Assembly: GCA_000934665.2 (NCBI GenBank)
Contig: KZ538446.1
Span: 49,894-69,893, forward strand
Reading direction: 5' to 3'
Length of the DNA stretch: 20,000 nt
DNA from: Catajapyx aquilonaris
Lineage: Eukaryota
Shown: in pieces, positions 11,049-20,000 of the stretch
Layout: each line of letters starts with the position of its first letter
How positions within the stretch are numbered: position 1 is the first letter of the stretch
Program-made: the position numbers and the translations under genes
Notes under the pieces: model-generated
Database searches by the model: none
What the model was told of the DNA's origin: nothing
What the model saw: only the letters and a program-made list of their open reading frames with translations

Positions 11049-11489
11049 TTTCGTGTACATTTGAGCCATTCGCTTGAGCAAGTACCATCCCTCTTCATTA
11101 AACTCAGCTCTGATTTCGGATCGACACGCTACGATGAAACCATTCCCATTGTTCTGTCAAGGCATGACGGAAACCATAAACACAGCGGAATTTCGCGCTG
11201 ACTAATTTTGCTAAGTAACATTCCCTTCGGAAGTGCCGCCCTCTTCTCTCTCTTTCTCTCTCGCTCATTTTTTTTGCGACAATTCAACCGTATTCAATCT
11301 ATCTGTGATGTGGCATGTGCTTCCTAGACAGCAATAAAGTTCGCGTTAAATTTCGCCTTTGGTGTTGCAACAACCTCTCAAAAAGCGAGAGACACACAAA
11401 AGAAGCATCCTCCTTTTTCAGGATTTTTTTTTCAGCGAATAGGACATGGTCGTATGAAGAAGTCTGGCACATACCCAGCATAGAGTTGG

Positions 11490-11492
<3 letters not shown>

Positions 11493-11534
<42 letters not shown>
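11493..11534. repeat. (TC)21 microsatellite
   Basis: Perfect TC dinucleotide run. It explains the ERERER and SLSLSL ORFs in the track. Confidence 0.97.
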
Positions 11535-11537
<3 letters not shown>

Positions 11538-13020
11538 TGGATGATCGATCTTTCGATTCATTCTTCTGCAGCGCCAAGCCTTTCCTGTGCGCTATAAGGA
11601 GAGATGGCCCTTTCGATCTGAGTTTGCACATTTTTTGGGAGGGGGACGTTGAAAGCAACAGAGGAACCCGCCCTTTTTTTGCCTCCAAATATTCATAGTT
11701 GATGCAAACTGTGCACTTTCAGATAAGCTGGCCTTCTCTCTTAGACGCAACGTTGTTCGAGAGTCTCCTTTTGCACCATTTATTTGCCATTGACGCAAAT
11801 GTCACGGACACATCCAGTGGCTTCAGGCTGCGTGTAGACTACATGACAAGGTGATCACAGAATAGTGTCGAAGAGCCAAAATATAACCGATCATTTTATA
11901 GTCCGAACTAGAAATCGCCTTTTTTGAAAGAAAAAAATGGGCTACGCTTTCAAATGTGGGTCGCGACTATCTATGCGACTAAATTGTCGACACGCACAGG
12001 ACAAAAAAATGACGTTTGAATGTGTCTCCCCATGACCGCTCCGGGTATTAATTGACGTGAAGCAGAGTGTGGGGGGCGTGAAATAGTGCGGAAGCTTCCA
12101 GGACAATGCTGGAGTGGCCTGGACAAAAATAGAAAGCGTCCTCCAAACCGTGAGATCCTTTCAAGCTGCTTTATTCCGCTCATGTGCACCAATTATGCTC
12201 CAGAAAAATTAAAGGACATCGGATTGACTCCAAGCGTAAATTAATCGGCGAATCGCAGCTGGTTGCGGAATAATTAAAACCTTTCCCTAATGGTCGATCA
12301 ACAGAAAACAAGTTGTTTATCCACGCTCCAGAGGAGCTTAAAAACCTGGATTTCTACCTCCCTTGCGTTAAAACTAATTCCAGCACTAATTCTCGCAAAA
12401 ACTGGCACAATTGATAATCGCCGAGGTCAATTTTGTAGCAAATATTGTGTCGGCGAAACTACCCCAACATCCAGCCTAATTAAAACAGTCCCCGTGAGGA
12501 TTTTCTACCTGGTTGCAGAAAAGCCAGAAAGCATCAGTCAGCTTCCTGCAAGACCACATTTATCTCTCGCAAGCAACACTTTACAAATGGGGGGCTTTCA
12601 GAAGCTTCTGCTAGCTAGCGGTGGAGGTACTGAAAAGCGGGCATCAAGTGAGAGAAGGAAGAAGAGAGAAAAAAAATTGGCGGCTTCAACTCTGCGAATT
12701 TCACATAAAAGCCAAGACCTTGTTCTACTAAAAAAATAGTCGGTTCGGTTTTCTCTAGAGATATTTTAAAGTGGGGTATGTACGTGAAAGTTACTCTTCT
12801 TCATTATGGTGTACACGCTCAAAAAAATGCGGTCTCGACGGAATATTGCGCAGAATTTTATTTTAGTTCCGGTAATTTTCGTGTACTATAAAAGAAGAGT
12901 GGTTCAAAAATAGTCCTTTGGCTGGGAAGGGAAGCGTTCCGTGTCCTGATCAATATTGTATGGCGCGAACAACGGACCCCGGTGGTTTAAAGGCAGGGTC
13001 TGCCACACACGGAGAATTAC

Positions 13021-13203
13021 CTGCCGTAATCTTATCTCGGGTGTTAAATTTGTAAGGGCCCCCTTCCCCGGCAGCCCAAAGAGCATGCCGCAATCCTGGA
13101 GAGTCGGACATGTTCTAGTGGGATTCAGATTAAAGAGGGTATGATGCAGATTATCTTCTCCTCTCTTGACCGAAACCCATTTTCCAGCAATCGGTATTTT
13201 CAT
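13021..13203 (-). CDS. Candidate exon of a nested antisense transcript (183 nt, open in phase 0, product unknown)
   Basis: Minus strand acceptor GTTTTTCTCTCTTTTTGTACAG|ATG (AG at 13205-13204) and donor GGCAG|GTAATT (GT at 13020-13019), with 61 open codons MKIPIAGKW...EIRLRQ. An upstream donor CTG|GTAAGT (13295-13290) defines a 92-nt intron. No homology recognised. Confidence 0.25.
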
Positions 13204-16200
13204 CTGTACAAAAAGAGAGAAAAACTACAAAAACAGATCTACAAATACTAAAATTAACTTATGGACGTTATCACTACTATCATCATGTTACTTACCAGTG
13301 AAACGATGATGACCAGCCTAACCCATAAATGTGAAATTCACTAATTAGTTATATTAAATATTTGTAATAATATAATGATTTAACTCTGAATTTTGAATGA
13401 CATATTGACATGACATATGTAGAAACTCAATTCAGTATTTTGGCAAATGATTTTATGCCCATTTGAAATTGCTCGTGTTATTGGCAAACACACGGAAATA
13501 TTTTCCAGTTCGAAATATTTCCATAATTATCTGATATGCGAAAAATCGGGGCACCAAAGTATTTGCGTATGATTTTTCAGCATACGCATAATTACACGCA
13601 AAACTGGCGTTTAAATCAAACGCACCATTAAAACTAATTAACTTATGCGCTTGTGGAGTTCAGCTCAGTACATTGCCAATTAACAGATGAAGGGATTGGA
13701 ATTAACTAGCTAAAATAGAGCAATAGAATTGCTTCATACTGTGACAGTCATCTGCAATCCAACAGCTGTGAAACAGCTGGTGTGACAGTCTAGTTGAAAA
13801 GTCTTCACGGACGGCCGAACATCAAAATTTTTTCGACATGCTTCACTTTCAAAAAAAAAATCCCGCTCAGTGAGAGATTACGCCATGAATTAACCAGCCC
13901 TCCAAATTTTTGCACAAAAAAAAAACTCAACTTGTTACGCTAAAACTTACGACCTTTCTCTACTCTTTTTTTCCTATTAAAGTTAAAGCCTCTCGCAGCA
14001 GTCAATGCACTTTGCAGGCCCCGCATGTAAACGCACTTTGCTAAAAGGGCTTTCCCGTCCACCTGAGTCCCATAGTACTGGCATAAAGTCGCAGGTGAAC
14101 CTTTTGCAGATGGAATCCTGCCCGCATCAAAACCATTGACGTTGCTTTCAAAATAGAACGGAAACATCAAGCACAATTTTTTGATAGAAAGCTTGGGTCC
14201 TGATGTGTGGTGACAGAATATTTTCCTATATATTTTGGGGGCCACGACTAGCCATCTCTGCTGGGCTGTTTACAAAGATCGAAATGGTGCAGAGCTTCCT
14301 CCAAGGTCCCAAAGCCATTTACTCCACAAGGCGCGGAAGATATTCTTCATTATGGCTGTACATCTTTGCCGCTTCTTCCTCCCACCATTTTAACCCACAC
14401 AAGAAGGAAGAGGAAGCATAGAAGGAGGTGGGCCTGCTCCTCATTTCCTTTCAAGCCCCAGGCTCCCCTCCTACATTTTAACAAGCAATGCGCCACGTCA
14501 AAATGCTGAGTAATTTATGTTCCTTTACCACCACCCGTGCAAGTTTGTGGGGTCAGAGGAAATGTAGGAGGAAAAGGGTGTGAATGGACACGAAGAAAGT
14601 AAGAATGAAAACACACGCCAGGAAGCATTCATTTGCGAGTATGAATATGAAGGATATGTCGCGGCGGGAGGATTTACAATGAGAGGGTCGTTAGTAAAAC
14701 GCAAGTAAAGGAAGCGACATCTGCGACAGAGTTGTTCGTCCTTACGTTTTTTTTGGAAGGAGATGTTGCGGGTTGTTATATAAGCAGCGAGGCAAAATGT
14801 TTTAATTATTCATTGCCTTTCCGCCTAAACAGCCATTGTCGAGTGTACGTTGCGGAACATCTGCCGTCGTTACGTTTGTTTACGTGGTTTACCGCCCGGA
14901 GTTGTGAGAATGTGTGTGAAGCGTGTATGCTGCAGCCATTTTGCGCCAAACTACCGCTGTCAATGCTTGCGTGTATGCGGAAAAATGTTTTTTTCCACAA
15001 AAAAACGGGATGAAAATGCGTGTGGGATGGACCGAAATGAGATATCAAAACGGAATGAGCGTGGATTTTTTTCCCCTTACTGCTGCTGCTGGCCACGTAG
15101 GAAAGTGAGAGCGGTTTCGATCTTTCATTGTTGCGGAAGGGATTTTGTAACATACACTAGAGTATTTTCTTTTGGACTATTTTGGGATGAAACTGAATGG
15201 CATTTCATTCATGGATATCAGTCAAATTGATGGGAAACGAAGCGTATTTTTCCAGGATGGCAAAACACGCCCATCTTGTTTGTCGTAATGATGAAAAACT
15301 GGCATTAAACAGTTATTCTGTGCTCACATTTTGCACACACCACAATATTGTGTGGGAACATTTTCCATAACCACAATATTTTCGAGTCGGAAATTCCGGC
15401 CGAGTTATTTTAGTTGAATGTTAAATCAGGTACGCTGCCTTGCATCTTCGCTATATTTTTGACGATAGGTCCGCTCCATGAATCCTTCAGTAGTTTGTAG
15501 CAACATATCTCATGAGACATTAATGCAGGAAGTTGACATGACAATTATTACACGATAGTAAGACGATTCTTTGCAACACGCGATTTTAAAAATTCAATGC
15601 CTTTAAAATATAATATGACCTTACATACGGCCTTAAATTCAGACGGATCGAAATAATGTGGTCCTTGAAATGAGGGGTACGTGTGGTAGAAAAAGATGAT
15701 GACCCTCATTTTGATCATTTTTAACCTAAACGCCTAGCAACAATGTAAAAGACATGACAAACAGTTTGGTATGCTCCAAGTTCCTATAGATCAAAACCCG
15801 CATTCCCTATGATTTGTGAAGAAAATGCAAACTTCAATTTGCTCTCCTGAAAAATTACACTTTTGTGGGTAATCACCTTTTCCCACCATACCACTCAACT
15901 GTACTCTCCGTACGACTATGATTTTTCTGCGTTTCGGAGTGTTCAAATATATTCGAGCAAAGGTTTTATTCTGGCAGCAGTAAATGCCCACTTAAACCCA
16001 TTTAAAACAATACACATGGTCCACCCTAAACTCGCCATCCATTACGGGGCTAAAGCCACGAATTAATTACTCACTAATATATTTCGCGAAATAGCTTCAC
16101 TTGGTTGCGGATTTAACCGGAACGCAAATCACGCAATATATATGGCACATTTTTTTTGCACTCCCGGATTATATTTTTGTAAATTGCCTTCCATTACACA

Positions 16201-17232
16201 AATGAAGATTTTAGCATGAACCAGCATATATTTCCAGTATCAGTAATGAGCCATTTCAGTTTCATATAAACGAAAATAAAAAGTCAATTTTTATTTAGAC
16301 TTACACTTCTGTAAAGCATGATTTCTGGAGCACATGAACAAACCATTGCAAATTCAAGCAATATTTAGCGACCTTTTCATGATTGTAAAAGTCCACCTCA
16401 AGTCGAATGTCATGAAAATGTTGGCAAATATTTTGCCAGAAAGTTCATTCTTAGTCGTATTGTCTATTAATAGCTCTTAACGTTTTAAATGCTTCATACT
16501 TTTAAATTATGGAACAATTAAGTAATCCACATCCTTCACACGCCTATATTTTTATTAGTATTATAATCTGAAATATGTACACATTGTTATGTTAAGGGAA
16601 TATACTGCATAGGTATTATTTAATAGATATTACTGCTAATTAAGCAGCAGTATCATTAATTAATAATCATTCTTGGTATTACGCAGGTATTATGCATTAA
16701 TGATTACCGTTGTTATTTTATTAGTAGCCCTATTATATTTTTAACTGGTTAATGAAACTAACTTTCATTAACATGTCGTAATAATATTGTTGAGAGAACA
16801 TGTGACGTTTTGTTACTCATTTAGAGCACAGCACACACAACTATTTAAAAAAAATGTCAGTTTCGAGCTAAACACATAAACGCGGGACTAATAAACAGTG
16901 TCCGAATAAGCCTAGTTCCACCCAGCCAACAAGATCCAGGGACTCCAACAGCCTAATCAACGCCCAAGTCCTTTACACCTTACCCACAGTGCCGATTCCC
17001 CAGAGTCATGCACGTGCATTAATTTTCATTTTGAATAATAACACGTGCAGAAACGAGCTCCAACGAACGTGTCCAGAGAAAGCGACCTTTCTCTCCGAGG
17101 TCAGCAGGCTTGGAAATAAAAGTCAGGTCTTTCCCCCCTCTCTCGGCTAATGAGATCAGCACAAGGGTTACCTCCCGCTGGGGATACGAATTTACTATCT
17201 TGGACCCGAAAACACAGCTGGTAAATCTTGGA

Positions 17233-17247
17233 CCCCCCCCCCCCCCC
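17233..17247. repeat. C15 homopolymer
   Basis: Seen directly. It explains the poly-G/poly-P stretches in the local ORFs. Confidence 0.9.
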
Positions 17248-17503
17248 AAGAGCTTCTTGTAGGTCAAATTGGCGCGGTGAAAAAAAAAGAGGGGGACATT
17301 TTCCGTGCACACAATTTTGCAGAGGTAACCTTAGTTGCCCAAGGGATGTGTCCGGTTTCACTCCGGAGAAGGGAGGGTCCAAATGCGGTTACGAGTTGTG
17401 CTGGTCGGGTGTAGTTACCGTAAAGCCACCGCTGGGCTATTACCACTCGGTTTCCACGCTTGCTTATTGATGAAGGGGACTTGTCAGTGCCGGGCTCTGT
17501 TTC

Positions 17504-17549
17504 AGACCTAATGAAGACCTCTGAGGACGCTTGGTCGATACCTTGGGTC
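17504..17549 (+). ncRNA. Second degenerate minimal hammerhead-like motif (probably inactive)
   Basis: AGAC-CTAATGA-A-GACC-TCTGAGGACGCTT-GGTC-GATA-CC-TT-GGGTC. Compare the Penelope-type pattern stemI-CTGANGA-stemII-GAAA-CG-TH-stemI. An alternative register uses CTGAGGA (17521-17527) with stem I GACCT/GGGTC. Confidence 0.25.
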
Positions 17550-19486
17550 AAAAACATGGATTGCTGGAGAAATGGTCGAATCCGGTCCGAACTTGACACA
17601 GCAGTGTCACGACAGGAATAGAAACACGTGCACCCCGTACGTGCTCATCAAACATTGAAACCAAGGGCCCCGCTACAAGGTGGTCGCGTGCGGCACACTT
17701 CAAGTTCGAAAGTAGTAGCCTGAAATGTCTTGCCTAAATAATGTACGAGGGGTGGAAGATTGCGCACATCTCTCTGTCCGTCTGCTGTCCACAGACAAAG
17801 AATATTATCAAAAAAAATATGCGAATCGACCGCTTTATTTTACTTGCCACATGAGGATGGAAGTGGCAGGTATATATCCGGGATGAGAAAGGATTCCTTC
17901 GTGGGGGGTTGTGGTAACGATTCGGGAGGAGGTGATCCGGAATTGATGAGATGGCCCACCCGGAAAGGTAACCGGGGAGAGTTTTTTTTCTCCCAACAGA
18001 AAGTCGAAGATGATCGATTGGGCAACTCTTGGTGGGGGGTCACTTTGCACCACGGGGAGAGAATTGCGCGGTCTCTTTTTTTTCTGACCCTGATTTATGG
18101 AGCCTCTGGTCCTCTCGGAACCAGAAGAGGCCCGAACAGACGGAAACTTTTACTCCGACCGAGATCCCGGGTCATCACATTTGTCAGCCGGAGTTTATGT
18201 AGGCTGTAAAGTTGTCCGGAGATTAGAATGTTCCCCGGGCTGCCACGACCTATATATGTGGAGTCCAGGGAACTATCAAGTCACAGGGTTCTGCCCTTTC
18301 AAAGCCTTCCCATTAATATATTGGTTTTTTTATCCGGAGGTTAAGCCTCTAAACACACCACAAACCCTCTAATCATTATTCTGATTCGTGACCACAACTG
18401 GGTCGAGTGTCGTCGCACAAGTAATGATCAGCGTCACAGGCTGCTGATTAGCATTGGAGACCTGCGCTCTCAGGAAATGTCAGCCAATAGTTTGGCGGAG
18501 AAGGTCGCCAAAAACACCGTCCTGAGAGGTAATTTCCTGCATAATGGATTCGGGGGCTCGAGGAGAAAAGGAAGTTTTTCGGGCCCCGGAAGATAACGGG
18601 CCAGTAGGTTAAACATATCTGCATTGGCACAGTTTTGCGGCCCATTGGATTTGCGAGGTCGGGCATATCATAATTCAGGAATTAATTATAAAACCGGACT
18701 CTGTAATATTGGACCTGATTGTGTAATGCTGTAAACGAGCACATATTACAACGCAGTTATGGCTGCATTGCGTCGGTCAAAATGAAGACAAAGTGTCGTT
18801 TTGTGGCACGTTCCGGTTAATAATACCCTGTTGATGTGGTGGAAATCAACATATTGCAAAACCCGAAGCAATTTTGTGTTTAGCGAAAAAATTGTGCACA
18901 CGCCGCCCCGAGTGTGATGAGGGGGAAAAGGGCAAAAGTAGTTTACAATCGTCGAGATAAATGTAGCGAGGAGAAGTAATGACCTTAGTCCAGACAGCTG
19001 AGAGATTGAAACAGCTGCTTCTCTTGCTAAAAGTGGAGCACAACAATCTATCTTTTACTGGAAACATGTACCCTAAACACCGGATGAAATTACATTTTCT
19101 TGGCAAGAACCGCCAGAGATTTTTTCTGTCACTGAGGTTACATTTTCCTTTCCTGGGATTATACATTTTTCCTCCCCACTCCCACACGACCGCGCCTGGC
19201 AAAAATGAAAATATAAAAAATTGCAAGTCTGGGGGGAACACAACTGAAGCAAAAATGTTACTCATTTGGCTGGCATCTGACCCAGAATGGCAATATATCC
19301 TTCAAAATCTTTCGCAACAAAAGGCAAAATTCGCTCTGGTGCAGAGAATCAAGGCCCTGTCCCATAAAAAAGCATTGCGGTTGCACAGTTTTTTTAAAAA
19401 AAATTACGTCAACGCCATCTCTTACGAAATTAAAGTCCCGTGCAATTTTATCGTCTAGCCTAATTATTTAATCATATGCTCGTATT

Positions 19487-19623
19487 TGAAAATATTATGA
19501 ATGTACGAGCACATTAGTGAAATATTAGTCTCTGAATTGGTGATTGTAAATCGCAAATGTCATGAATATTATTAGTGTGAAACGTTTTATGAATATTATT
19601 CATTATGGATATGAATATTAATT
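19487..19623. repeat. Degenerate AT-rich repeat cluster of (A)TGAATATTA
   Basis: ATGAATATTA at 19562, 19589 and 19611; variants TGAAAATATTA near 19487 and TGAAATATTA near 19518. Confidence 0.5.
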
Positions 19624-20000
19624 ATAAAACATTACAAAATTCTGTTGTCGACCTTTACTGACCATGTCGATTTCTATACCCCCCAAAAACTTTTTAATCT
19701 CGGTCCTTTAACGAGCATTACCTTTCACCCATCACTTATCCGAACTTGACTCTAACCAACCCTAAATGCTCTATTTATATATTTATAGACGACTCAGGTT
19801 GCAGTGAAAGCTCCGAAAATTCAATCAAAGTTGGATAAACTCATTGCGTCGGTCTCCGAAATTTGTTCGTGTCAAGCGAAGGGAGGGGGTTAAAAAGAGG
19901 ATGATAAAAAAAGAGAAAGAGTTTGGTGGGAAAGAGAGAGCTCGGGAGTTTCATAGAGGTAAGTTATAGATCTCCCACAATCGCGCGGGGAGTTGATTCC

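Larger units (their letters stand above)
3032..20000 (+). other. Large intron of the Dpr gene (runs past the window end)
   Basis: A visual scan found no downstream AG followed by VSW(I/V)R-type codons. The sequence is rich in homopolymers and microsatellites and has no credible + strand ORF. Very long introns are usual in Dpr genes. Confidence 0.75.

Noticed and set aside
11299..11698. Overlapping ORFs with ERERER / SLSLSL tracts (also 8849-9171)
   Set aside because: Artefacts of the (TC)n microsatellites.
12290..12739. 149-aa ORF (also 658-1014, 1173-1592, 17760-18209, 18846-19265, 18979-19458)
   Set aside because: No recognisable domain; composition is dominated by homopolymer-derived K/F/G/P runs and the lengths are compatible with chance ORFs in GC-richer blocks.
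19646..19770. TGTCGACCTT...TGTCGATTT and CTAACCAACCCT motifs reminiscent of invertebrate non-autonomous DNA elements
   Set aside because: Too short and degenerate; no termini or target-site duplication are visible.
1..20000. CRISPR array, operon, defence system or other prokaryotic/phage locus
   Set aside because: No regularly spaced repeats, no dense ORFs and no bacterial gene architecture; the sequence is spliceosomal-intron-type eukaryotic DNA.

Overview
Eukaryotic (arthropod-like), moderately AT-rich genomic DNA that is almost entirely non-coding. The only well-supported coding feature is one internal + strand exon (2799/2802-3031) of a Dpr (defective proboscis extension response)-family immunoglobulin cell-surface protein. 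It encodes the N-terminal linker and first half of Ig domain 1 (PYFESDMATANVTAQLGDTAFLHCRVHDLNDKT) and ends at a GTAAGT donor where the 'VSWxR' exon should follow. I could not find that next exon, so 3032-20000 is most likely one intron longer than 16.9 kb. This intron contains (TC)n/(GA)n microsatellites, a short assembly gap inside a poly-G run and alternating AT-rich and GC-richer blocks. The more speculative signals are: a minus-strand donor/92-nt intron/183-nt open exon/donor unit at 13015-13298 (possible nested antisense gene), a second minus-strand exon-like relic at 8028-8266, and two decayed minimal type-I hammerhead-like motifs (4719-4771, 17504-17549), the first preceded by a tRNA-like head. 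No prokaryotic genes, CRISPR arrays, rRNA, intact tRNA or intact transposon ORFs are supportable. I cannot claim a confirmed new biological system from the sequence alone.
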